A stretch of DNA of 64,000 bases, from NCBI RefSeq assembly GCF_009914755.1, contig NC_060948.1, one strand, 5' to 3'. Origin of the DNA: the human T2T-CHM13v2.0 reference genome, Homo sapiens. Of the stretch, positions 1 to 15,700 are shown in pieces. Below the pieces are notes generated by a model. The model was given only the letters and a program-made list of their open reading frames with translations, ran no database searches and was not told the DNA's origin. Positions within the stretch are counted from its first letter, which is position 1; every line of letters starts with the position of its first letter. Made by a program: the position numbers and the translations under genes.

Positions 1-1994
1 CATTATCTTTATTTTGTAAGTCATTGAGATTTTTAACTATTCTAACACTATGAATACGCCCTTAGCCAAATTTTGTGTGCAGAGTATGGTAGTAGAAATT
101 TATAGATATAAAGATGCTCCAATTTTATAGAGTGAAACATTAAAGATTATTTACTTAGTAGCAGAACTATTGGTAGAATACAGATTTGCTCCCTTTTAAT
201 CTTGACCTTTTCACCTACCAATGGATCATTTGTTGTTTTCTTTGTATCATGAAACATGTCTTTTAAAAATAGATATTGGTACAACCAGGAAGAACTGAGT
301 TTAAGGCGTATTATATTGCTTGCACCCACAATGTTGAATTTCAAAAGATAATAATACCTGGTGGCATATAGTAGTATCTCAGTGGTTTTGTTTCTGTGAT
401 ATTAAGCTTAGTTAGTTGAAGACCACTAAAATAATATAATCTCCATAATTTTAAATGATTGAACTCTTACAGAATAAATTAAGAGTGCTATTAGTATTAT
501 TCAAGAGATTTTAGTGCATGAGCAAGTGAAATCAATGAGTAGATGTACTAAGACAACAACGCCTGACTCTAAAAGACCAGCACTTCAACTTTTATTTTAT
601 TTTCTATACTGTTGTATAAGAGTGCCTTAGTATTTCTGACAAATGGAAATTATTGGTTAGAATTTCAATTCTAACTATATGATGAATGATCAAATCATAT
701 GAAAGTTGTTAGGTCAAAATATTATAACAGATAGGAGCAATTCCATGTCTAGTTCTAATCAAGTCTTTGGCAGATCTATCATTTTAGTTACCCTCAATAG
801 AAAAAAATATAGAAATTGTTTTTTATGTAGCAGTTTTTGACAATTGGAAATTGGGGAACCAAGTTGATTTCACTATTCATAGTATATATGTCACATTTTT
901 ACTCCTGGCTGTTGGCAAAGCTTGTCAGTCCTAGCCCTATGATTTTACTGTATGCACATTTTAATACTTTTAAAATGTAGATGGTGATACTGGTTGTTGT
1001 GGTGATACTGCTGGTGATAGAATATTGTTGCTATTTTTCCTCATATGAGGAATATGTAATATAAAATGTTGAAGGGACTATTTTTTCTTTAGATATTTTA
1101 AATAACACACTATACTTTTTGTTCTGAAAATAGCTATCCTTTAATTTTGTTCTTAATTTATTAAAACTATTTTACAGTTTTACCTGGATACTAAATTTGG
1201 ATAAGCTAATTTATAGAAAGAGTGTGTGTGATATCTAAATGCCAAGAACTACTTAAAATATATGATATGTTTGGTTGAGTGCCAAAATTGCAATGTGCCA
1301 ATTTTCTATGAAATAATATGCATTCATGTGTGGGGTTGGGGGGATGATGCATTTAAGATGCCTCTTTTCTTCTAAGTACATTTATGTGAAAATTGTTGTT
1401 GGAGACAGCAATCTTAGTTTCCTGTCATCTTGAATGAGTAATAGTCTATTATTCAGATGTAAAGTGTAGAAAAGAGGTCATTCCACAACCCAAATATAGT
1501 TCGATGAGCTGCAGTATGATTGGTTGACACATCAAACATAAAAGCTTTTTATGCATTGATTTCTCTACATTCCTTGCAATAATTTATCTAATTTGTTTGA
1601 TTGATTGACTCTTTGTATTGCAGTATGCATTTATTCAATAAAGTACCTACATCATAAAATCAATATATAGTTGCATTCCTGCACTAAGTACCATTTTAGA
1701 AAGTGTGATTGAATTTCCACAGAAATTAATCAATGTGATAGATGTATTTATCATTTGGATTAGACAGAAAATAAGAAAAAAGTCATGTGTGTCTTTTTTA
1801 TTATAAAAATATATTTTTTATTTTCAAGCTCTTGTTAGCCCTTAAATTTTATAAATTTTATATAAGGTAGTTTTCAAAAGCACAGTATCTAGGTAATAAA
1901 AATTAATTATTAGTATTTTGAACCAAATAGGTCAAAAATTATACACAGTTTTTCAACTGAATAGGGAGTTGGTGCCCTTAACCTTTATGTTCTT

Positions 1995-2019
1995 CAAAGG
2001 CACATATACATACATATAT

Positions 2020-2061
<42 letters not shown>

Positions 2062-2380
2062 GGAGAGTGGGAGAGAGAAAGAGATAAATTTTCAGAAATT
2101 GACTCAGGCAATTATGGGGTCTGGCAAGTCTGAAATCTGAAAGGCCTGTCAGCAAGCTAGAAAAGGAGACAAGATTTTCAAATTAGTGTTGAGGCAGAAT
2201 TTCTTCTTCTCCAGTACACCTCAGTTTTACCTCTTAATACCTCCAACTAATTGTGTGTTATTGAGAGTGGTATACTCTGCTTAAATTTAACTGATTACAA
2301 AAGTTAATTACATCTACAAAATATGGGTTGTGCAATTTGGCACCAAAGCCTGGCTAATAGGACATAAAAATTAATCATCA
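1995..2380 (-). mobile_element. MLT2-family (ERVL) solo LTR, degraded
   Basis: Contains 'gaaattgactcaggcaattatggggtctggcaagtctgaaatctg'. Terminal 'gcctggctaataggacataaaaattaatcatca' matches the reverse complement of the MLT2 start TGTGATGGTTAATTTTATGTGTCAACTTGG. Left boundary approximate. Confidence 0.7.
2022..2056. repeat. (CA)n microsatellite, about 17 units
   Basis: Pure ACAC run directly visible; adjoins the purine tract of the MLT2 LTR. Confidence 0.95.
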
Positions 2381-3384
2381 GCACATCATTTAAATAAAAT
2401 AGATCATTGTTTTCCTTTTCCCTTTTTAAAAAGTCAGTTATTAGTTATGAGTACACTGTGTAAGAATAACATTAATTATATGGTTATAATAAATATATAA
2501 GAAAATAACTCATTGGAACAACTGACTGGTATTTGGCTAAGTTGTTACATTCTGGATTGCTTAATAACCAGCCTATAAATAGAAGCTATTAATTTTACAT
2601 CACATAAAAGTAGATTTACCAAACTCTTTTTGGGGTCAAATGGATATATCAACACATTTTTTAATAATCTCTTTTAATCACTGATAATAACACTGGGATA
2701 TAAGGTTTTTCATTTTTTTTTAACAAATTCCCTACCAAAACTATTTATAGCCTTATTTCTGTCATAATATAATTGAAATTTTACCCAGCAGTTTATATAG
2801 TTTTACATTTGATAGCTTTTTATATTTGAAACACATTAGAAATTAATGATAAATCTGCCACAAAATGTTATAGTTTTAATTTGTAAGTAAAGTAACATTT
2901 TAATTATCAAAATTAGCTGGATGATAATTGATTTAGCATTTTTATATTAAAAAGCCTCCTAAATTGTTGACTTTACACTTGATTATTAATAGAAATTTAC
3001 ATGTAAATTTTCAAATGTAGTTTTTGAAAAATATATGATAAAATACACTTTTTGGGAAATGAATTTCCAGATAACATTACTTCTTGGAATCCAAAAAAAT
3101 TGTAACTTCTCCTTGCTCCCTTATGACCAGAGATTAATAATCCTTGTTGTTATGCCTATTTTTATCAGTTATGTTGGATAAAAATTTACATCTATAAACA
3201 ATATCACACTGCCTACAGAGATTATGATCTTGATATTTTGGCTTATCTTTCATTGGTTCACACGTAATCTTTGAATTGGGTGATATCATATATTTTTATT
3301 ATATATTACTGTAATAATCCTCCCTATTTTCCTTTCAATCTTGCAAAGCTTTTGTTGCTTTTTCCAAATGCTATTCATTTAGGC

Positions 3385-3580
3385 CAGTGTTTCTGAAAAT
3401 TGTGCATGCATCTGAATCAGTTGGAAGTCTTGTTAAAACACAGATTGCTGCACTCCATTCACTCCATTCTAAAGCTTCTGATTTACTAAATGCAGGGTGA
3501 AGTCCCAAAGCTTACTTTTCTAACGAGTTTCCATATGATATTGATATTACTGATCTGGGAACCACAAGTTGAAAAACTAT
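3385..3580. mobile_element. MER5A hAT-Charlie DNA transposon (MITE)
   Basis: 'cagtgtttctgaaaattgtgcatgcatctgaatcagttggaagtcttgttaaaacacagattgctg...tttctaacgagtttccatatgat...gggaaccacaagttgaaaaacta' follows the MER5A consensus end to end (about 190 bp). Confidence 0.8.
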
Positions 3581-3685
3581 AATTTAGCCTTCCTGTTTCT
3601 TGAACTCCATGTTTTATGTCTGGTAAATGAGGAAAAGCTGAGAATACTAAGAAGGAATTAGAAAACATGAAAAAATTTTCTAGAT

Positions 3686-3775
3686 CAGTGATTTTCAAAC
3701 TTAGCTACACGTTAGAAATACTTATATAGCTTCAAGAAATAAGGATGCCTGGATACTTCTTTCAGAGATTTTGAG
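3686..3775. mobile_element. MER5A1/MER5B-like element, left half (interrupted by L1)
   Basis: 'cagtgattttcaaacttagctacacgttagaa...gatgcctgg...cagagattttga' matches the first half of the MER5A1/B consensus. Confidence 0.65.
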
Positions 3776-4752
3776 TTTTTTTAATTAATTTTTTATTATA
3801 CTTTAAGTTCTGGGAAACATGTGCAGAACATGCAGGTTTGTTACATAGGTAATACAGGTGCCATGGTGGCTTGCTGCACCCATCAACCCATCATCTAGGT
3901 TTTAAGACCTGTATGCACTAGGTATCTGTCCTAATGTTCTCCCTCCCCTTGACCCCCACCCCCCGACAGGCCCCGGTGTGTGATGTCCCCTTCCTGTGTC
4001 CACGTGTTCTCTTTTTTCAACTCCCATTTATGAGTAAGAACATGCAGCATTTGGTTTTCTGTTTCTGTGTTAGCCTGCTGAGAATGATGGTTTCCAGCTT
4101 CATCCATGTCCCTGCAAAAGACATGAACTCATTCTTTTTCATAGCTGCATAGTATTCCATGGTATATATGCACCACATTTTCTTTATCCAGTCTATCATT
4201 GATGGACATTTGGATTGGTTCCAAGTCTTCACTATTGTAAATTGTGCTGCAATAAACATACATGTGCATGTTTCTTTATAGTAGAATGATTTATAATCCT
4301 TTGGGTAGATATGCAGTAATAGGATTGCTGGGTCAAATGGTATTTCTGGATCTAGATCATTGAGGAATTGCCACACTGCCTTCCACAATGGTTGAACTAA
4401 TTTACACTCCCACCAACAGTGCAAAAGCATTCCATTTCTCCACATCGTCTCCAGCAACTGTTGCTATCTGACTTTTCATGATTGTCATTCTAACTGGCAT
4501 GAGATGGTATCTCATTGTGGTTTTGATTTTTGTTTCTCTAATGACCAGTGATGACGAACTTTTTTTCATATGTTGTTGGCTGCATAAATGTCCTCTTTTG
4601 AGAAGTATCTGTTCATATCCTTTGCCCAGTTTTTGATGGGATTGTTTTTTTCTTGTAAATTTGTTTATGCTTCTTATAGGTTCTGGATATTAGCCCCTCG
4701 TCAGATGGATAGATTCCTAAAATGTTCTCCCATTCTGTAGGTTGCCTGTTCA
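3776..4752 (-). mobile_element. L1PA7/8-like LINE-1, non-inverted 3' segment (ORF2 C-terminus, 3'UTR, tail)
   Basis: T-rich tail at left. The minus ORF 4017-4457 ([14 protein letters not shown]...WMKLETIILS) is the ORF2 C-terminus. 3'UTR 'tctaggttttaagacctgtatgcactagg' is typical of L1PA7/8. Confidence 0.9.
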
Positions 4753-4758
4753 ATCAAA

Positions 4759-5968
4759 ATATCCCAAAATAATAAGAGCTATTTATGACAAACCCATAGC
4801 CAATATCATACTGAATGGGCAAAAGCTGGAAGCATTCTGTTTGAAAATTGGCACAAGACAAGGATGCTCTCTCTCATCACTCCTATTCAACATCATATTG
4901 GAAGTTCTGGTCAGGGCTATCAGGCAAGAGAAAGAAATAGAGTATTCAAATAGGACAAGAGGAAGTAAAATCGTCTCTGTTTGTAGAAGACATGATTGTG
5001 TATTTAGAAAACCCCATTGTCTCAGCCCCAAAACTCCTTAAGCTGTTAAGAAACTTCAGTAAAGCCTCAGGATACAAAACCAATGTGCAAAAATCACAAG
5101 CATTCGTAAAATCCAATAATAGAAAAACAGAGAGCCAAATCATGAGTGAATTCCCATTCACAATTGCTACAAAAGAATAAAATACCTAGGAGTACAACTT
5201 ATAAGGGACATGAAGGACTGCTTTGAGGAGAACTACAAACCACTGCTCAAGGAAATAAGAGAGGACATAAACAAATAAAAAAAAATTCCATGCTCATGCA
5301 TAGGAAGAATCAATATCAAGAAAATGGCCATACTGCCCAGAGTAATTCACAGATTCAATGCTACTCCCATCAAGCTACCAGTGACTTTCTTCACAGAAAT
5401 TGAAAAAACTACTTTAAATTTTATATGGAACCAAAAGACCCCTATACCCAAGACAAACTTAAGCAAAAGGAACAAAGCTGGAGGCATCACACCACCTGAC
5501 TTCAAAGTATACTACAAGGCTACAGTAACCAAAACATCATGGCAATGGTACCAAACAGATATGTGGACCAATGGAACAGAACAGAGGCCTCAAAAATAAC
5601 ACCACACATCTACAACCATACGGTCTTCTACAAAGCTGACAAAAACAAGCAATGGGGAAAAATTTTCTTTTTTAATAAATGGTGCTGGGAAAACTGGCTA
5701 GCCATATGCAGAAAACTCAAACTGGACCCCTTCCTAACACCTTATAAAGAAATTAAGTCAAGATGAATTAAATACTTAAATGTAAAACCTGAAACCATAA
5801 ACACCCTTGAAAAAATTCTAGGCAATACCATTCAGGACCTAGGCATGGGCAAAGACTTCATGACTAAAACACCAAAAGCAAATGCACCCAAAGCCAATGT
5901 TGATGAATGGGATCAAATTAAAATAAAGAGCTTCTGCATAGCAAAAGAAACTATCATCAGAGTGAACA
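4759..5968 (+). mobile_element. Inverted 5' segment of the same L1 (ORF2 RT region onward; twin priming)
   Basis: Plus ORFs [35 protein letters not shown] and [19 protein letters not shown]. Ends at 'cagagtgaaca', where the minus segment resumes. Confidence 0.9.
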
Positions 5969-6031
5969 TGCATTTGAATTTTTAAATTTCTTTGGGTACT
6001 TCTGATATAAAGCCAAAATTGAAATCCTATC
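5969..6031. mobile_element. MER5A1/MER5B-like element, right half
   Basis: 'gcatttgaatttttaaatttctttgggtacttctgatataaagccaaaattgaaatcc' resembles the consensus 3' half GGCATCGGGATTTTTAAAAGCTCCCCAGGTGATTCTAATGTGCAGCCAAGGTTGAGAACC. Confidence 0.55.
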
Positions 6032-6138
6032 TTCTATGTCAGTAGAGATTACAACTAACTCTTCTTATGAGATAGAAATGACAATGGGGTAAATCACATT
6101 TTTTTTGAGAGAAGACTTTTCTAGAAATATTCACATTT

Positions 6139-7165
6139 GGGGAGTGGAGCCAAGATGGCCAAATAGGAAGAGCTCCAGTCTACAGCTCCTAGCCTGAGCA
6201 ACGCAGAAGATGAGTGATTTCTGCATTTCCAACTGAGGTACCGGGTTCATCTCACTGGGGAGTGCCGGACAATGGGTGCAGGACAGTGGGTGCAGCACAC
6301 CCTGCATAAGCCAAAGCAGGGCGAGGCATTGCCTCACCTGGGAAGCGTGAGGGGTCAGGGAATTCCCTTTACTAGTCAAAGAAAGGGGTGACAGATGGCA
6401 CCTGGAAAATCAGGTCACTCCCACCCTAATACTGCACTTTTCCAATGGGCTTAACAAACGGCACACCAGGAGATTATATCCTGCACCTGCTTTGGAGGGT
6501 CCTATGCGCATAGAGCCTCACTCATTGCTAGCACAGCAGTCTGAGATCAAACTGCAAGGCGGCAGCGAGGCTGGAGGAGGGGCGCCTGCCATTGCCCAGG
6601 CTTGAGTAGGTAAATAAAGCAGCCTGGAAGCTCGAACTGGGTGGAGCCCACCACAGCTCAAGGAGGACTGCCTGCCTCTGTAGGCTCCACCTCTGGGGGC
6701 AGGGCAAAGACAAACAAAAGACAGCAATCACCTCTGCAGACTTAAATGTCCCTGTCTGACAGCTTTGTAGAGAGTAGTGGTTCTCCCAGCATGCAGCTTG
6801 AGATCTGAGAACAGGCAGACTGCCTCCTCAAGTGGGACCCTGACCCCCGAGTAGCCTAACTGTGAGGAACCCCCAGTAGTGGCAGGCTGACACCTCACAC
6901 AGCTGGGTACTCCTGTGAGACAAAACTTCCAGAGGAACAATCAGGCAGCAGCATTTGTGGTTCACCAGTATCTGCTGTTCTGCAGCCACCGCTGCTGATA
7001 CCCAGGCAAACAGGGTCTGGAGTGGACCTCCAGTAAACTCCAACAGACCTGCAGCTGAGGGTCCTGACTGTTAGAAGGAAAATTAAAAAACAGAAAGGAC
7101 ATCCACACCAAAACCCATCTGTACGTCACCATCATCAAAGACCAAAGATAGAGAAAACCACAAAG
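6139..7165 (+). promoter_or_regulatory. L1 5'UTR internal promoter, with YY1 site CAAGATGGCC (6151-6160), antisense promoter region and retained ZNF93-target segment (about 6914-7041)
   Basis: Motifs visible in sequence; function from established L1 biology. Many CpGs have decayed. Confidence 0.75.
6518..6592 (-). pseudogene. ORF0: L1 ORF0, truncated after 24 aa
   Basis: MAGAPPPASLPPCSLISDCCASNE* matches the N-terminus of primate L1 ORF0, followed by a premature TGA. Confidence 0.85.
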
Positions 7166-8167
7166 ATGGAGAAAAAACAGAGCAGAAAAACTAGAAACTC
7201 TAAAAATCAGAGCACCTCTCCTCCTCCAAAGGAACACAGCTCCTCACCAGAAATGGAACAAAGCTGGATGGAGAATGACTTTGACGAGTTGAGAGAAGAA
7301 GGCTTCAGAAGATCAAACTACTCCAAACTAAAGAAAGAAGTTCGAACCAATGGCAAAGAAGTAAAAAACTTTGAAAAAAAAATTAGGTGAATGGATAACT
7401 AAAATAACCAATGCAGAGAAGTCCTTAAAGGACCTGATGAGGCTGAAAACAAGAACTGCTTGATGAATGCACAAGCCTCAGTAACCGATGCAATCAACTG
7501 GAAGAAAGGGTATCAGTGATGGAAGACAAAATGAATGAAATGAAGTGTAAAGAGAAGTTTAGAGAAAAAAGAATAAAAAGAAAAGAACAAAGCCTCCAAG
7601 AAATATGGGACTATGTGAAAAAACCAAATCTACATCTGATTGGTGTACCTGAAAGTGAAGGGGAGAATGGAACCGAGTTGGGAAACACTCTGCAGGATAT
7701 TATCCAGGAGAACTTCCCCAATCTAGCAAGGCAGGCCAACATTCAGATTCAGGAAATACAGAGAATGCCACAAAGATACTCCTTGAGAAGAGCAACTCCA
7801 AGTCCCATAATTGTCAGATTCACCAAAGTTGAAATGAAGGAAAAAATGTTAACGGCAGTCAGAGAGAAAGGTTGGGTTACCCACAAAGGGAAGCCCATCA
7901 GACTAACAGCTGATCTCTCGGCAGAAACTCTACAAGCCAGAAGAGAGTGGGGGCCAATATTCAACACTCTTAAAGAAAAGAATTATCAACTCAGAATTTC
8001 ATATCCAGCCAAAATAAATTTCATAAGTGAAGGAGAAATAAAATACTTTACAGACAAGCAAATGCTGAGAGATTTTGTCACCACCAGGCCTGCCCTAAAA
8101 GAGCTCCTGAAAGAAGCACTAAACATGGAAACATATCCAGCCACTGCAAAAACATGCCAAATTATAA
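7166..8167 (+). pseudogene. ORF1: L1 ORF1p (RNA-binding protein), frameshifted
   Basis: MEKKQSRKTRNSKNQS... and ...SLQEIWDYVKKPNL...KPIRLTADLSAETLQARREWGPIF split across frames. Confidence 0.92.
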
Positions 8168-8230
8168 AGACCATCAAGGCTAGGAAGAAACTGCATCAAC
8201 TAATGAGTAAAATAACCAGCTACTATCATA

Positions 8231-12062
<3,832 letters not shown>

Positions 12063-12731
12063 ACAATGAGAACACATGGACACAGGAAGGGGAACATCAC
12101 ACACCGGGGACTGTTGTGGGGTCAGGGGAGGGGTGAGGGATAACATTAGGAGATATACCTAATGCTAAATGACTAGTTGGTGGGTGCAGCACACCAACAT
12201 GGCACATGTATACATATGTAACAAACCCGTACGTTGTGCACATGTACCCTGAAACTTAAAGTATATTAAAAAAAGAACGTAACACTAAAAAAAAAAAAAT
12301 TCACACTCTTTGAAAAATATTTAACCAAATAATTTGATATTATCTGTAGAATTTTTAGAATTATTTAAGCTTTGAAGTCAGAAAGACTCTTTATTCATTC
12401 ATGCAATGTGTTTTTGAGATTGTCAGTTTTTAAGGTTCAGTGGTAGAACTAAATCTGGAAAAGAAAACAGCATAGGAACAATGTTTGCAGAAAGAACTGC
12501 TACTCTTATCAGAATATTCTATCTTTATTCACTCTAGCTGGTAGACACCAACAAACTTCAGTTTCCATAAATAACATAGAATGTAGAATTTTCAGGTCCT
12601 GGTAGAAACTACTATTAACTAGGACTTCAACAAGAAACAAAAAATTAGCATAAAAACATCAATTAGCTGAATATGAACACATATGAATGAACGAAGTATT
12701 TTTTTTTCATCATGGGCTGCTAAAACCCCTA

Positions 12732-15700
12732 TTTTTTTAACATAAAATTTTAATTGTTTGGGGAACAGGTGGTTTTTGACTACATGGATAAGTAATTTAA
12801 TGGTAATTTCTGAGACTTTGGTACACCTGTCAAAAGAGTGTATACACTGTACCCAAAGTGTAGTCTTTTATCCCTCCCTTCCCCACATTTCCTTGAGTCC
12901 CCAATGTCCATTATATCATTCTTTTGCCTTTGCATCCTCATAGCTTAGCTCCCAATTATAAGTAAGAACAGATAATATTTGGTTTTTGATTCCTGAGTTA
13001 CTTCACTTAGAATAATGGCCTCCAGTTCCATCCAAGTTGATGCAAAATTCATTATTTCATTCCTTTTTATGGCTGAGTAGTATTTCATGGTGTATGTCTA
13101 TCACATTTTCTTTATCCACTCAGTGGTTGATGGGTATTTAGGGTGGTTCCATATTTTTGTAATTAGGAATTGTCCTGCTATAAATATGCGTGTGTAAGTG
13201 TCTTTTTCATATAATGACTTCTTTTCCTCTGGGTGGATACACAGCAGGGGGACTGCAGGATCAAATGGTAGTTCTACTTTTAGTTGTTTAAGGAATCTCC
13301 ATACTGTTTTTTCATAGTAGTTGTGCTAATTTACATTCTCACCAGCAGTGTAAAAGTGTCCCCTTTTCACCACATGCATACCAACATCTATTTTTTTTTA
13401 TTTATGACCACTTTTGCAGGAGTAAAGTGATATTTCATTGTAATTTTAATTTGCATTAACCTGATAATTCATGATGTTGAGAATTTCTAAAATGTTTGTT
13501 GGCCATTTGTATATCTTCTTTTGAAAATTGTTTATTCATACCTTTGCCTATTTTTGATGAGATCATTTTTTTTCTTGCTGATTTGTTTGAGTTCATTGTA
13601 GATTCTGGATATTAGTCCTTTGTTGGATGCATAGTTTGGGAATATTTTCTCACCTAGTCTGTGGGTTGTCTGTTTGTTGATTATTTCTTTTGCTGTGCAG
13701 AAGATTTTAGTTTAATTACATCTCATTTGTTTGTTTTTGTTGCATTTGCTATTGTGTTCTTGGTCATGAATTCTTTGCCTAAGACAATGTCTAGAAGAGT
13801 TTTTCTGATGTTATCTTCCAGAATTTTTATAGCCTCAGGACTTAGATTTAAGTCTTTGATCCATCTTGATTTGATTTTTGTATAAGGTGGAGCTAAGAAT
13901 CCAGTTTCATTCTTCTACATGTGGCTTGCTAATTATCCCAGAACCATTTGTTGAATAAGATGTCCTTTCCCCACTTTAAGTTTTTGTTTGTTTTGTTGAT
14001 GATCAGTTGGTGTAAGTATTTGGCTTTATATCTGGGTTCTCTATTCTGTTCAACCACTCTACATGCCTATTTTTATACGAGGACTATGCTGTTTTGTTAA
14101 CTATATCCTTGTAGTATAGCTTGAATTTGAGTAATATGATGCCTCCAGATTTGCTCTTTTTGCTTAGTCTTTCTAGGCTATGTGGGTTCTTTTTGGTTCT
14201 GTATAAATTTTAGGATTTTTTTCTAATTTTGTGAAGAATGATGATGGTACTTTGATGGTAATTGCATTGAATCTGTAGATTGCTTTTGGCCATATGGTCA
14301 TTTTCACAATATTGATTCTACCCATTCATGAGCATGAGAAGTGTTTTCATTTGTTTGTGTTGTTGGTAATTTCTTTCAGCAGTGTTTTGTAGTTTTCCTT
14401 GTAAAGATCCTTTACCTTCTTTGTTAGGTATATTTCTAGTATTTTGTAAAATTTTTTTGTAGCCCTTGTAAAAGGGATTGAGTTCTTAATTTGTTTCTCA
14501 GCTTGTTTATTTTTGGTGTATTGCAGTGCTATTAATTTGTGTACACTGATTTTGTATCCTGAAACTGTACTGAATTCATTTATCAGATCTAGAAACTTTT
14601 TGGATGAGTCTTTAGGGTTTTCTAGGTATATGATCCTAGCATCAGTGAACGGCAACAGTTTGACTTCCTCTTTCCCAATGTGGATGCCTTTCATTTCACT
14701 CTCTTGTCTAATTGCTCTGGCAAAGACTCCCACTACTATGTTCAATAGAAGTAATCAAACTGGGTATCCTTGTTTTGTTCCAGTTCTCAGGAGGAATGCT
14801 TTCAACTTTTCCGCATTTAGTATAATGTTGGCTGTGGTTGTCATAGATGGCTTTTGTTACCTTGAGGTGTGTCCCTCCTATACCAATTTTGCTGAGGGTT
14901 TTAATCATAAAGGGATATGCTAGATTTTGTCAAATGCTTTTTCTGCATCTGTTGGGATGATTATATACTTATTGTTTTTAATTCTGTGTATGCGATATAT
15001 GACATTTATTGATTTGCATATGTTCAAACATCCCTGCATCCCTGGTATAAAACCCACTTGATCATGGTGAATTATCTTTCTGATATGCTGTTGGATTTGG
15101 TTAGCTAGCATTTTGTTGAAGATTTTTCTATCTATGTTCATTAGGGATATTGATCTGTAGTTTTCATTTTTTGTTATGTCCTTTTCTGGTTTTAAAATTA
15201 CAGTAATACAAGCTTCATAGAATGATTCAGGGAGGAGTCCCTCTTTCTCTAAATTTTGAAATAGTTTCAGTAAGATTGGTATCAATTCTTCTTTGAATGT
15301 CTGATACAATTCAACTGTGAATCAATTTGGTCCTGAGTTTGTCAGCAATTTTTTAAATTACTGTTTCAATCTAGCTACTTGTCATTGGTCTATTCAGAGC
15401 CTCTATTTCTTCCTGATTTAATCTGAGAGGGAGTTATATATTTCCAACAATTTATCTGTGTCCTTTAAATTTTCTACTTTGTGTGTAAAGGTGTTCATAG
15501 TACGCTTGAATGAACTTTTGTATTTCTCTGGTATCAGTTGTAACATCTAATTGAGCTTATTTGATTCTTCTCTCTTCTTTTCTTGGTTAATCTCACTGAT
15601 GGTTTATTAATTTTATTTATCTTTTCAAATAACCAGCTTTATTTAGCTTTTCTATCTTTTTATTGTTGTTTCAATTTTATCTAGTTCTACTCTGTTCTTT

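Noticed and set aside
1-1990. Possible exons or conserved elements in AT-rich unique DNA (also 51.85-53.7 kb)
   Set aside because: No consistent splice-site pairs, coding signal or repeat family could be recognised by eye.
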